64,000 nt of DNA from Iphione sp. A-MEVVRFRX5 (lineage: Eukaryota), in NCBI GenBank assembly GCA_976226885.1, contig OZ320314.1:111290001-111354000 (forward strand), in the 5' to 3' direction. Both the position numbers and the translations under genes were made by a program. Below are positions 1 through 15,226 of this stretch, piece by piece (the stretch's first letter is position 1; the number at the start of each line of letters is the position of its first letter). The notes under the pieces are model-generated. The model ran no database searches. It was not told the DNA's origin and saw only the letters and a program-made list of their open reading frames with translations.

Positions 1-362
1 CTAATCCTAAGATCAGCCCGACCAGGGTGGGGTTAATCTCTGCAGATCCTGGCCCGCCCTTACGTCCTGGAGAGAACGGCACACCTAGTAAACTCTTGTC
101 TCAATATCAAGACTGGACTTGAACATCTAGTAAACCACAGAGAACTGTGCCAAGGAATGATCTATGTGTACAAAGTGAGGGCCTTAAGGCCCGGTTTCCA
201 TTCGTGTGGGACCAAGCGGACGCCTCCATGTCCGGTCTGTGTCTGAGAATGGCACACCTTGTAACCTCTGGTAAATCTCATACAACTACATGTACATCAG
301 GGAATGGCCTATGTGTGCAACATGAGGAGCTTGAGAACCGCACACTTCGTCAACTACTTGAC

Positions 363-490
363 NNNNNNNNNNNNNNNNNNNNNNNNNNNNNNNNNNNNNN
401 NNNNNNNNNNNNNNNNNNNNNNNNNNNNNNNNNNNNNNNNNNNNNNNNNNNNNNNNNNNNNNNNNNNNNNNNNNNNNNNNNNNNNNNNNN
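363..490. other. Assembly gap (N); further gaps at 7344-7613, 11224-11358, 15305-15461, 17801-17956 and about 34598-34745
   Basis: Runs of n. Confidence 1.
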
Positions 491-3400
491 TGTCAGAGAA
501 GCAGAATGGGAGAGAGTACATCAGAATTAACCACACGTCACGTTTCATTGCCACGCTGCAGAATGGCTGAGTGATTGCCACAAAAAGTCAGCTCGACCAA
601 TGCCCGCCAGTCTCCATTATCAGATTGGACTTAACCCCCTTCCCCCCGCCCCAAGGCTAGGTACAACTCTCCTCGCCTCGAGGGGCAGAATACAGTGGAA
701 AAAGCACGGACCATTCAACACAGTCATAATACCCTAGTGATCCCCCCCCCCTTGTGATGGATCATGTGCTCCAAGCAGCTAGCCAATCAGGGAGGGGGCA
801 GAAGTATCGTGGTGTCAAGAGTACCAAATCAGGGGTTCGTACCACACACGGGCCACAAACTTCTCCGTCTGTTTGTCTGTATCTACTACATGTGGCACGC
901 TGATGCGGTAAAGACGTAAATAAATGATATGCAGTACTGCTGCATGTGGGGATAAGTGCCAAGTATGTGCATGTAAATAATATATGTGCTGTTTTTTGCA
1001 GCTGGGATTGAGTTCCAACTACATAAGTAGTACAGTTCTATACAACGGGACATAACGTACCAAGCACGTGTAACTGTATAAAATGCGTAGAACATTAGGA
1101 AACAATTGTGGCTAAGCAGCAAGCACAATGTACATGTTCATGATCAGATGTAGCACTGTTGTACACAGCTGGGATTGAGTAAAAAAAAACACTACATGAA
1201 TATAAATGACATGGTACTGTTGTATGTTACCAAGGGGTGCCAACCTCAACCGGATTCGTTCCGTGTCCGGATGAAAAGTCCAAGTCCAAGTAAATAGCTT
1301 GTTCTATTATTACATAGGTAAACCGACTCGGCAGGGAAATCCGGTGTGGTCGTTGTTTATCCCTAAATTATGGCCAAAAAAAAACTATAATGACGAATCA
1401 CTGAACTACTTGGAACTTAGGTAAGGTGATCTAATAAGGATCGATTTTAGTGATACCTAACCAGTGGATGAGTGTACATGTACATGTATTTGATAGAATT
1501 CGAGAAAGGGGGGACGGAGGGCGGAAATGAGGGGGACATATGTACCGGCTACCTTCACATCTTGTCTGGACGAATATATTATGTATGTGCGCATGTGTAC
1601 ATGTCTCTCTCGCTCCCCATCCCCGTCTGTGTCGGTCTCTTTCCACACACACCCACACTCACACATTATTTGAATGGTTTGTGCCACTCCAAGAATAAAC
1701 CAGGACCACTTCATGTCTATAAGAAACACACAATGATTTCCTGGTAGCACAGAATATAATTTTTCTTGATAACATGACCACAAAGTAGACATGCCCTGAT
1801 ATCACGACAGTTTTGGCCACAACACAATATGCCAATCATCACGTACTCATGCGCATAAACACAAACAGACAAAAAAAGACACACAGACACATTGACAGAG
1901 GCACACGCATACACATAATACACACATACATGTATATAATTACGATCTGGTATATATTAATCGAGACGCATCTACCATCAAGACTAATGTCAATATAGCA
2001 TCAGAATTTCACTAAGACTCCCTCTATCCATGCCCTTTGGCTACTTAGCCATGTTGGAAAAATGTTAAATACTCACAAGGAAACCACTGGACCACTATCC
2101 CTAACTGCATACTGCTTTAAGCAGGGACCATCACAAGCTAGACCGACCACCTATACTTTGGGACTGATATAGATATCCATGTGACAATACCCCTTGGAGT
2201 CTGATGAGACCACACAGGTCAAAACCACAGCAAAAGGACCTTTTCCTCTCTCGGGCAGGACATCTAACTTTGCATGCATCCTTGGACTATGTCACCACTG
2301 AACAGGGTAGACACAGACCGAGCAGTAGAGAGGAGAACCCTAGGTATTCACACATGCATACTGTCCCAGTAGCACCATGGGGCAATGAAGGCAGAGGAGA
2401 GGAGGACAACCCTTTAGTCAATGAGTGACAGATGAATACCATCACTGAGAGGATTACTTGAGTCTCACACACAGGAACAGGGTCTAAGGTGTGTAGGTGT
2501 GTATTCATGGGTCTAGAGGTTGCATGGTCAGACCCGGGTTATCCACTTGTTTACCATGTTCAAATGATCAGGTATTGGTGTATGGTCAGGTAGAAACAAA
2601 TGATGCGATGCTACTGAAAACCGTACCTTAGAAGTGCTATTTGGATGCGTGTCCTTATTGGGAAACCCGGCACTAGTCTTTATACCGTAAATGAAAGACG
2701 TCGGCAAAGGGTTAAGAGTAGGAGGGTGATAACTGCGTCCGTCTGCCAGGCTTACGTGACTGCAGATTGTTTTTTATTGAAGAGTTGTTGTTGCCCCGCC
2801 TCCCTTTAGTCTCTAACCCACCACGCTACCAGCTTAAGCCCTGGTAGAAAACATGTCTACAGTCATTAACCCTGGACTACGCTCTTACCGGATCCATCAT
2901 CGTCAAGGTCAGATCATTCTTTAAGGGCACAGTATAAATGAAGAAGAGAACGATAGTGGCGATTACTATTAATAGATACGCCTCAAATGAAGATCACCCC
3001 AAACACATATCACAGCCTTTAGAAGACCAGCCCCGTCCGGGGTTAGCCGACTAGGTTACGCCACCTTACAACCTCGGTTAATACTATAAGAAAAATACAA
3101 AAAAAAGACACCTGTCTTACTAGAACCAGTTGTCTTCCACCACCAACCAACCTCTTCAGATCCTTTGAGTGCCGGTACACAGTGTGACCACCAGCCACCT
3201 ACAATTGCCAGAATGAGACCGGCCACATTCAGCCATCCTACCCATCTCTACACTACTGGTGCTTGTTGAAATCACCACACACTTAGATCTGCCTCACTGG
3301 GATCTGCCATCTTCATACTCCTCCCCAGATCTGGGATCTCCCCAGAACGATATGAGTGAGACCAGGCATACCCCGCCCCTCCTCCACACGCCTTACACTG

Positions 3401-6400
3401 CTAGTGCACAGCATGACCAGTCACCTACTACACTTTCTCCACTGCTCTCCTTTTTACCCCGTACAGGTATGGTATACACTGTACAGTTACGCACAGCCAC
3501 CGGACACCACGTGCACAAAATACCCTCCTCACCTTTCGAAAGAGGAACCGGAAGCGCCTGCAGAGGTGTCGCCTTCTGGTGGCCGGGTGATGGCTTTCCT
3601 TCCGGCGCTTGTCACCGGCCGCTGCTTGGACACACAGAGTAAACATGGCGGACATGGCCGGGTCTTTAGTCATCTCCTTAATAAATTGAAGACGATGAGT
3701 CTACTGGGAAACACCAGCGATAACGTGGGTCGGTAAATATTCCAAAAGGTGCAAATACCTGCGACAATTCCTTGGCTAAGTTAGTGAAAGCATGACCTTT
3801 TTTTGTCCTGGCCACGAAGCAAACGAGGCGGAGGTCCGAAAGGTTTATTTCCTTAAATTTATACGGGAGAATTGCCTCTGAAATTCCGTCTGATGTGTGA
3901 ATGTTCACATCATCGTGACTGATAGGGTCTTCTTGTCAATCTAGGTGAAAAGATGGGGTTAGAATGTTCGGCCCACAGAGAGAGTGAGAGCATATGTCCA
4001 GCCCATAGACTAGATGAGGGCATGGGGCTGAAATGTCCGTAGGCTCTCGAGGCGCACCATCCAAACATCTACAACAGCTGGGTCGGGCTTCTTAGCAAAT
4101 CAGTGAAAATACTATTCAGAGTATACCACAGGCCCGTCGAGCCTTCGCGACAGGCCCCACCTTGGTTTCGTCATATAAATGTACCTTCCTACAGACGAAG
4201 TGACCGCCCATACTGTAAGAGTAGGTCATCTAAGACACATACACGCCCTCCGACAAACACACCCCCCCCAGATAGTAATACACGTTTATATATACATGTA
4301 CATGTATAAGTATATATATATGTCACATCACACATCTGGCCCACCAGCTGCAGCAGCAAGCCAAGCTCAACGCTTCACTGCGAAGGCGCTCGTGTCAGTC
4401 TGGGGAGTAAGGCAGCAAACCATACACGAATTCTGTAATAATCCGCGCCTATTTTGCATAGGAGGTCAAGCGCTCAGTGCGATCAGTCTTCTTGGGCTAT
4501 AACATCTCAGCTAAGGTTGCACGTTCAAGTATGGTGCGAAACGTCCGCTCACCCCTCTTCAAACCACCGCTGGATAAAAGGGTATTGCAGTGGTATATTC
4601 AAAGACTCCTGGCATATGGAGGTGGTATTAATCCTTTTGATGTCCAGAATACGAACAGTATAATAAGTACTTTGTAGACTCCGGTGGCAGATTTTCAGTC
4701 TAGTAGTAGGACGCTAGTATTTCATGTCACTCGTGTGATGACGAAACTGTGCATGTCCAACATCCGTGATATTAGCCTTGTCGCCCATACCTCTACTCCT
4801 CGAGGTTAGTGATAATGGGGGATATTTGTGCCACCTCATGCGACTGCTGCTGCTGCTGCCGCTCTACATCAGCACGTTTCCCTGCCTACCACACAGTACA
4901 GCCCACCCAGGAGTCGGCTACAGCTCCTCTTATAATTCCAGTCATGTTTACTGCCCGCTGCTTGACTGGTGTCCCGCCTCGTGCAGCCCGGGACCCGCGC
5001 CTACCAGCAGCAGTGGTGATGGCTTCGAACAAGAGATCGATACTTCTCCCCAGTTACGGATGAACGCGCCGCGCGCAGACGTCATTTGGCGCCAAACTAG
5101 CGGCCAGCAGACGACTTTTGAAGGACCAGACGAGTCGTCGGCGCTACGTTCTGTCATATAGCGCAGAATCTTCTGAGGTGAATGCGCCACACGTACCGGG
5201 CCCTAACGCTTCCTAGTCTCTCGTGACAGAAATTCTGTGATTTCCTGGGAAGCTTGGATGAAATAACTCTTTGGGGGAATCACCGTGACGACGCTCACGT
5301 AAGACGCCATGTCCCGCTAAGGACACATACCGCGTGGGCAGTAAGGACAACAAACTGAACGAGAAAAAAAGGCAACGCGAAAAACCACTTGCAGTCGTGA
5401 AAGGGAGAGCGGGGACCGACGCTTGTGGTGGAATGCGGTTATATTTGGCAGAATTAGTTTAGTGTTGATGCCGGACGCTGGGTGAATATGGGGATGACAA
5501 CCACGAACACATATGTAGTAGCGGCAATTAGTCCTCCCCCTTCCCTCGATGCACCACACGTATCATCCTTCCACATACCATCTCTGTAAACAGACCACAC
5601 ATCTTAACTTCTCATCTCTCTCTCTCTGCACAGCATGTCATTCACCTACTTCCCTTCTCTATTTGTAATCAAATCCTACATTCCAAGTTCGCATCTCTCT
5701 CTATACTGCACATGCCATCCCTCAAAAGTTCCTTCTCCCCAAGTATACAAATCCTGTATCTAAGCTTCCCTGCTGCTCTGTGCAAAGTAGACGTAATCCA
5801 AACGACAGTTACTTCTGATAACTCTTCGAGTGTGGGAGGGAAAGATGCCATGTTGCGTAAATGAACAACACACAATGTCGCACTCTGTGTTTCTAAACAA
5901 AATTTATTGAAATACATGTACAATAATTTCCCCTTTTAATTATTTCAAACAAAACAGAAAAAACCAGTTGCGTGTGTCTGCATGGGTGAGTATCATAATC
6001 CAACTTTCAGTTCATTGGACATAAGAATTGAAGACCCATGAGGTTGTGACGGAAGGTCGGGCAGTCAGACAGCAGTGATTCTAAGGTCTCCCACTCCTCT
6101 TAGAGATGGTGACAATAAGCATATAAAGTGAAGCTATAAGCAAAGAGAAAGTCGATGGCGTGCATAGGTCATCAATTGATATCATCAGTAATGTGATTAA
6201 ACTGGGTTTTTTTTTCAAGCAGAACTTTTTAACATATAGCCTAAGTCCTTCTTCATCATCACCTGGTGTCTCTTATGAGGCTGGTACTTCACACTGCTTA
6301 GTGGGTTCTCAATTAGAGATCCTTAGTTCTGAGTCTTCACTGTCACATTAGTTGTTTTGAGTCTTGTGTATATGTTGTAATGGTACTGGTGATAATGCTG

Positions 6401-9400
6401 ATGTGCTGGTGCTTGGACCCGGCCTCACAAAGCACCACCTGTTGGTTTCTTCAACCGATCTAAGTCCTAAGGCTACATACCACATCTGGACTAGACATAG
6501 GAATAACTAAAGTAATTTACATGCAAACTGTAACATTAGATGCAAGCAATATCATTGAGGTTATCCATATGTATTATTTGGTGATGTTTTGTTTCGAGTT
6601 ACACTGTACCTGGTCAAATTCACATCCAGCATTCAGACAGGGCAAGTAGACTGTGTACTGACCATCACTGTACCATACTCATATACACTGCACAATGCTC
6701 ACATCACCTAATTGTGCCACACACAGTGTATGACCTCCTGGTCCCCTATGGTATACACCAATCACATCCTGTCAGTTACCTATGCCCACATGTCATTTTA
6801 CACATCCAGCGTACCTGTGGTCATATGTGACACCAGGTATGGTCACACTCTACCTGTCCAGTAAACCACGGCAGTTGTAAAAGTACTCTTTACTCTGACC
6901 TGTGACAGTACATGTAGTGTGCTTACACACTATACCTGATCGCTCAAACTTTCCAAATCTGACCACTGATGAGCACAATGGACTACTCCTTGAGTGACTC
7001 AAAAAAGAGGACTGTGTCCTGTTTCGTCAGTCGTTCTGCCAGCTTTTTGGAGTAGACGGAAGCACAGGAATTGGGCTGGCATAAACGGAAAACGGAAAAA
7101 TGTTTGGGCGATGGCCACTTTTTAGTCCCTTCTCCCACCAATTTTCCGAGAAACGGACAGTGGGCTTAGCAACACCACCACCGCCACCACCTTAAGATTA
7201 ACTGTATCCTGGTTGGCCTCTGTAATCATCTCGGCCCCTCGGAAACTTATGACGAGATACGCCAGAAAGCGACTGAGGGACTTAAATTTCCTTTTATGGT
7301 AACCGAACGGCCGGGTGGCGCCCCGCGGTGGTAGGCTGTCGCANNNNNNNNNNNNNNNNNNNNNNNNNNNNNNNNNNNNNNNNNNNNNNNNNNNNNNNNN
7401 NNNNNNNNNNNNNNNNNNNNNNNNNNNNNNNNNNNNNNNNNNNNNNNNNNNNNNNNNNNNNNNNNNNNNNNNNNNNNNNNNNNNNNNNNNNNNNNNNNNN
7501 NNNNNNNNNNNNNNNNNNNNNNNNNNNNNNNNNNNNNNNNNNNNNNNNNNNNNNNNNNNNNNNNNNNNNNNNNNNNNNNNNNNNNNNNNNNNNNNNNNNN
7601 NNNNNNNNNNNNNTACTTCGACCATCCACTGGTCTCTCTTCAGCAGAAGCTACAGGGTCCCGCTGTGTTTATTGGTACTAATGAAACGAACACAATTCTA
7701 ATCCCATTCTACCGAGATTCCTGGCAGCAAGGGCACGCAATACATTCTATACAAAAAAAAAATCTGAAATACACCGCAACCTGTTTTCAACAACACAAGT
7801 CCTCGAATTATTTGTGATTGTGGAGAGACATCAAAGCGGCAAGCTTTTCGATGTAATCAGGCACCTTCATGAGGCGAGTTCCATCATCCAGTTCCGTCTT
7901 CCTTCCAGCGTGTCTCGTTCTGAGATGACCCAGGTCACGTGAATGTTTCCTGCCTCGTCTGGCAGGCATCCCAATCTAATTGTTGTCATTATCAGCGTAT
8001 ACATACGGGTAGCAGACGGCATGTGTACTCAACGTCTTTCTCCGACTAGATACCTCCTATAACAAGTCCTATATAAAAATGAGGAGGTCCCTGTCCCTCC
8101 TATATTCAAAATGCTTGAACTTATATTTAGTCCCTTCTGCTTTCATTTTCTATTCATATACAACATGTATATATATTATATATATTTTATGCACTTGCCA
8201 TACTTCCGGTATTGCATGCCCCCTGTACCCTGTATTGTCTTTGCGTTTACACGTCGTTCAAGCCCTCCACTCGTGTACTGGTAGAGGATTCATACAGGAT
8301 ACCACCCCTGCTAGTCCAGCCCTCCAGTGATGGACTTCTAGTTTGGGGCTTTAAGTAGGTACTCTGATCCTCCACACTTACAGTAGTGCAGTTGGCATAC
8401 ATCCTCCAAGCCCTTCCACTCATACCCTCCACTCTTGTACTAGAAGACTTGAGTGTTTACATCCGTTCTTCACGCCCTCTCCAGTCGCCCACTCTATGTT
8501 AGTAAATACATGTAGCAGTCTTGGGTTTACACATGTCTTCGAGGCCCTTCCAATTACACTTTCCAATCCTATACTAAAAGTCCAAAGTTAACATATGTGT
8601 GTCCCCTTGGCCTATACACCTACATCCTCTACTCGTGTACTAGTACTCTTTGTTTTTTGGCTTAGAGGTCAGCTTTTGTCTGACTGATGGCTTACTGCTG
8701 TGACACCTTCAAACCCAATCATACTGCGTTGACATCAACAGCCTCCGTATCATTTCTAAGCACAGCGATTTCTACTTTCAAACTCAATCTTGATTTCTTA
8801 ATACAGCAGCTTTAGTTTGACTTTGGCAGAACAAGAAACAGTATGTGTACATGGCTTGGACTGTTGGTCAATACGGATGGCGCAAGCCATGAAAAAAAAA
8901 AAACACTCTTGGTCCGATAGATTTACACTATTATTTCCCATTACCAGGAGAGTCCATTCCTGGGAATTTATTCGCACATCCTATAAGGCCCGTGTCAACA
9001 CAACTACCGTTTTTTTCCCCAAAACCTTAAAATAACATCCCTGTCCCCACTGATATCATTTTTGTTAACAAATGTTCGACTTTGTTGTTCTAAAGAATGA
9101 CTGCTACCAGGAAAATACCTATCTGCCTACTATCTTTTCTATTTCCACCGAAATCATCCTTTACTTAACAAATCAGCAAGGTATTTATACACTGTTTAAA
9201 ACACATATAGGAAAACCATCTTAGGAGAGAGAGACAGAGACAGAGACAGAGACAGAGATTGAGAAAGACACACACATACTGTGCCAAAAGTGCCAAAAGG
9301 TGCTTGTTACTCGATTCTCCTAGCAGGTTCCCTATTGAGGGCATGTGTCTGGGTTTTGTATAGTATTTTTCTCCCCTCCACTTCATCAACCTCATCCATG

Positions 9401-12400
9401 CAGACCCCTGCCCCTACCTTGAAGCATGCGCCCCCTCCCGACTTCACCGCAGGTTAAAAGTGTGCCACATCGACACCACTCCTTGCTGACCCGATATACA
9501 CACCTTGGGTCCGTGTCACGGGGTGCTTCTTCACATTGGGGGAGGGGGGGGGGCATTGGGAGAGAGATGAGAGGCAGCGCTTATCATTCCACTATGTTTC
9601 ACACATTCCTTGAAACTTCACTGATTTTTTCGATTTCTTGACAGTACCTGTCAGGCAAGTTAATAGGTTAACACATAACATATGAGCTGGTTCACAGTTT
9701 ACATGAGTTATGGCGGTTCAGACATAGTATCTTGCTCACAGTGAAATGGAGATTCCAGTTAAGAGACAATCCATTTATGCTATAGCACAATGGCTTCCAA
9801 GACATACACAATGGGCACATATAACAAGAAATATTACATCTCTGCAATGATAAAATTGTTTCACACAAATGTTTTAACTTCACAGTATAGGGTTTGTAGA
9901 TGACATTCCCTTGCTGCGGCGAAAAAATTGTCAGTTAATTACATACTTCTGTATCACAACGGTAAACGATAGTAAAATACGAGGCTAATATCTACTTATT
10001 ACAGCTTAGCGATATGGTTGCCATTATAAATGGGACTTAGTGTCCAGCTGGGGTGGGTCCAAGTCTATTACAGACACAACAAATACTCCATCGGCCCAAA
10101 GAGAATACATACACGGCGCCTCATGTGTCCCTATGGAGCTTGTACAATTAATGTCTCCTGTCAACCTTCCACAGTATAGATGCACATGTGTAATATATAT
10201 AAATATATACATGTATATAGTACATCATTTCGTACATGTGGAGCCCGACCTGCCCCCACACACAGCTTGTGTAATTACTGTCTCATTCTCAGGTACAGCA
10301 GTCGCCCTGTCAACCTCACGAGGTGAACAGACTCCTCTGCTTGCTGTGCTGTTAATTTGTCACAGACCAATGCATCTGTACACCTCCAAACTTCCCTCAC
10401 TCAACTACTTGTTCCCGGTCATCAAAACACACGTTACCAACCAGAGCCTGACTCTAGGGAACAGTGTTCCCACCAACAATACGTTCATTTACGGATCCGT
10501 CCATATGTCTACACAACTTACATGTATTTAAAGTTCATACAATATCGTCGTGTTTGCAGTCTTCTCAGGTCACTAGCATGCAATTTCTCCACCCAGGTTC
10601 AACACGTTATTGACAGCACGCTGATACCAATCACCTTCCAGAACATGGACACATGCAAGCCATACGCGGCTATGTGCATTTAGTGTTGATGCACGCCTCT
10701 GGTAAAGATGTATGGCTATCTGGCCTATAAATGTAGAGGCTTCGTACATCCGGTGCATACTGCTTTACCTGTACTAACGGTTTCTCTACATCATGTCAGC
10801 GAGAACAGTAATAAAACGAAAAAAACATAACATGCACGATACAATCTCCTACACTTGTACTTTTAACATTACGAAATGACACACCGACGCACACATCCAC
10901 CCCCACACTCCCGTCGCTCTCTTCACGAAGTAGCCTGATCTGCCTTGGGGTAACTGATATATACCGTATGTATTAGTAGACAAGGGTGGGTAGCGCGGAG
11001 TAGGCCACGCCCAGTTCAGGCTTCGAAGTTCTATTACGACGAACACGACACTATCATTGTAACGACGACTACCACTGCCACGAAAAACTATTACTATCAC
11101 CACCTCTTTTCTTGACCGTTTAGTCGCTCAACGTGTTGTGATTAGAAATAAACGGAGTTCACTTAGTAGTAGATTATATGAGCTTACCAGTGGAATATGA
11201 TCCCGACTTAAGGACACTGTTTTNNNNNNNNNNNNNNNNNNNNNNNNNNNNNNNNNNNNNNNNNNNNNNNNNNNNNNNNNNNNNNNNNNNNNNNNNNNNN
11301 NNNNNNNNNNNNNNNNNNNNNNNNNNNNNNNNNNNNNNNNNNNNNNNNNNNNNNNNNNGTGACAATCAATCCCTCCATATTAAATGACATACCTAATAAC
11401 CAGTAGACACGCTGAACTGCTGGCTCAGCGGCTTAGTGCCTCTAACGACGCCGCTAACCCGAGCCATATCAGTGGCGACCTGAGGTTTACTCCAGTCCTC
11501 AACGCTGTTCTATGTCGCTGGAGATTTCTCCATATGCGCGTACAATGTAATTTGGCTACATACATGTATCTGTCCACAGGTCACAAAGAGACTCTGCTCC
11601 AATGTTTCCATCTGCATATACCCGTAGTGTGGAGGTGCACTTGTGGACCGAAAAACATTTATATGTACATCCAGCGTCGTCATATATCTTTAGGCTATTT
11701 CCTATTAACATTTTCAAAATAACGAAGTCATTCTCATGACACTACGCTTGGAATGTCTCTTAAATGCCATCTAAGTATAAATAGTATTGTCCGAAGAAAG
11801 TGAACACCAGGTTTGCCAAGTTCCTTATCAGCATTCCTCAGCCAGATTTATCACTGTTAGCAGGGTTTCCATGTGTCCGAATTTTCTTCTGTATACGGGA
11901 CTATCCGGGATTTGGGGTTGATTCCCCAGACTCTCTCTCTTTCCCTTTCTTCTTTCCTTTGTCTGTGTAGGTATGTTTGGGGTTTCCTGCAGATTATTGT
12001 GAAAATTGAAGCATATCTGTGGAAATTGTGCAGTTTCATACAAATGCAATGCAGATGTAGATTTTCACATGTATCTCTAGCCTAAGCCTGGGCCTAGGCC
12101 AGAGAATAACCGCCACTTTCGTGCTACTAGTGTGTCTTGGGTCTGTGGCATGGAAAAGTTAATGGATACTTCAATTTCGAACACCAGACACATAAAAAAA
12201 AAGTCAGTGCATTTTCTTAATATGTTTGTCTTTCTCCTATGCACACATATATGGAGTCGCTATTTGGAGTCTGGACACAGTGGAAAGCAGACCTTAGTCA
12301 AAATTTCGCAACACAAATACTTGGCATCTGTATACATGTACACGTATCTGCTGTCCAATCACAGAATCTGTCCATGCATGCAAGCATGCAAGAAATATCC

Positions 12401-15179
12401 AGGAATTACGAGTTTTCTGAACACTACCTAATGGGATGTTCCATGAGTGCATGTATTTTCTCTCTGTCTCTGCCTCCCATGCAATTTTAATGGAAATCCA
12501 AACTGTGCCGTTTGGGTGCACATCTCTTGAAACTGAACAAAACCTGTGTCCATTTGGACTTCCGTGCAAACCTCTTGAAAGTGAGACAAATTTGTGTAAA
12601 TTATGTCTTTTAAGCTTGCATTTCACCAATCTGTTACATGTATTCCTATACAGTCCTATGCATACCTGTGCTACAGCACACTGCTTTTATATACTACTGG
12701 TACAAGTGCATCTGAAATTACTCGTTTCGTACATTGCAAAATGCATGCACCAGAAAAAAGCATGCATGTACTGCAAATATGCAAAATGCAAATTGTTAAT
12801 CATATACATTACCATCCCCCCCCCCCCAGCACCCACGCACTATGCATGCACACATTCACTGAAAATGCCCCCAAAACCCAGATTTCCATCCGTGTATATT
12901 TGCTCTCAGTATTCCTACTCTAACATCACGGAGACCTTACAACATGGCGGTATTATAACAATTGAGATGCATCCCAATTAGTTGATTACATGTATATGGG
13001 CTTACCATTGAAACAAGACTTTGACTTTAGGATATTGCTGTACAGAACTAAAGTTGAAGGAATACGGGCCCCATGTTGTCAGAGGACGGCTACAGACAGA
13101 GGTACGCTCACACAGAAACAGGCTTCGATCTTTACTTCAATGGTATACTGTATTTACTACTGGGAAGCGAAAGACTTGACACTTCCCTAAATAAATAAGC
13201 ACTTAAGTAGCAAACAACTTATAACTTATCTGACCACTGCTTAATCACGACACTGGTAACATATAACCTGATATACAAATGCCAATAGAACTCTCGGTCA
13301 AATAATTTTATTGGACTGCCAAATGCCTACTCAACCACGACCTCTAGACATGGGACATCATACTGCGCTGGACACGGACTACTGACCCATGATACTGGGA
13401 CCCAACAATGTTACTGCTGACACTACCTTGCTCAGGTCAAGAGGAGTACGCATCTGCTGAACATGTAAGGTCTTCCAGTACCTGCGTATACTTATCACAG
13501 ATGTCATACTGCTTTCAGCGGTCTGAACTGACGACCTCCAGACACACATATGGTGTGCTACATCCGCATGTGAGTTCAATTATGTCATACTTAGTGAAAC
13601 TAACTCTCATAATGACGGGATGATAAATCATCAGGACATGGTTAGGGAGTCTAAGGTAGTTAGCCACTGATTGGCGTCTAGGTGTTATTATGAGGAGAGG
13701 GGAAAAAAATATCCATTTGTAATTAGATGTAACAATCTGGCTAATCATTGCTGGGGGTTCCAGGTACTACTGAGTAAAACCAGAATTAAAAGCTCATTAA
13801 CATGAGGTGAAAGGTCGTTCGGTATTGCTGACAGTTATAATATATGTTTATAATGCAAACTGGTTACATATCAGCTGCCCACTCACCTGTAAACATGCAT
13901 ATAAAAACGGTCACACACAATTATGTCTCATATTACCTGCTGCGGAAATGTTGGCTTCCGAGACCAACTGGTGAGGTACATGTATTTCCTTGGGGTGTGG
14001 CAAGTATGACTATCATGGTTCAATGAGCCACCATCTTGGTAACTAGTCTAATCTTATGACATCTGCCTGCACAGGTGTCACGCTTCGGTAGACAGGTATG
14101 GATCTACCCCCAAGAGCCACCGTCTTGGTAAGCTGCCTAATCTTGTGATATCTGCATGCACGTGTCATGATTCCTCAGTTAGGTAGATAGATACCTATCC
14201 CTTCACACTCCTCTCTTAGCTGTCGTCAGCTAAGGAGCGAGATGATTTCTGATGTTGAAAGTCTGAATATGTAATGGCTGAGCTGACAAGTCGTTCTCAG
14301 CCAAGTCGTGAGATATCTGCCTGTTGTACGCTTTGGTAAAATTAGCAAAGACGAGTAGACATCTATCCGTGAAAGTCACTCTCTGAGTTCCTGACAAACT
14401 AATGAGCTATGCTCGCTCTCCTGATGGAGGTGTAGGCTTGATGCCTCTCGGATGGTCACATATCCATCCCCTCTCGCCCTACAGGCCAAGACATGCCGGT
14501 AGTGTGACCTGACATTTTTCGGCTACGACCATCATGGGAAGGTTAGGCGCTGAGGCTGGGGCCAGTGTCCTGACCGACGGAGACCGTGTCAGCTGGTGGT
14601 ACAGATTTCCCACCTCGGCGCCACCTTGTGGCTGTCAGGTTATACTTCGATAACCTGCGACTCCACTCAGTCCTCGAGGTCAAAGGTGCTTCATCATCGT
14701 CACCATCGACATGCTAAGTCTATTGTGTAGACGGATCTCATACCTGTCTATCATCAGACGCGTACTCATCAACTGGTCTCTCGTTATTCGATGTGTGATA
14801 TAAATGTTCCTATCCCTACCTCCTCTACCAGACGCTGTGCGTATTCATGTGCTAGACAGTGGACTGTACTTCTGACGATGCTCTGCAGTGCCCAGATGTA
14901 CCTAAGCATAAGTGTCCTTATGTGTATATAATAAGAGAATATTTAACTTGGGTGCTGATACAAACGGTCGTTTGAGTTGATTTCCATACTCAACAACTCA
15001 GCCGGTTGAACTGACACCCAAACACTACGTATTCTGTTCATTATATGTGCCTGTTTATTGTACAGTGAGCATGATGTTTGCAAGTATATATACGTATCGC
15101 AAGGTGTGCTGTACACTCATATTTATTGCACCCATGATATGTATCCAATATATACACCCTTTATCTGCATGAGAGTATA

Positions 15180-15183
<4 letters not shown>

Positions 15184-15226
<43 letters not shown>
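15184..15226. repeat. (TA)n microsatellite
   Basis: Direct reading. Confidence 0.9.

Noticed and set aside
12436-12981. 181-aa ORF
   Set aside because: Low-complexity, Cys/His-rich composition typical of AT/CA-rich non-coding DNA; no domain and no splice support.
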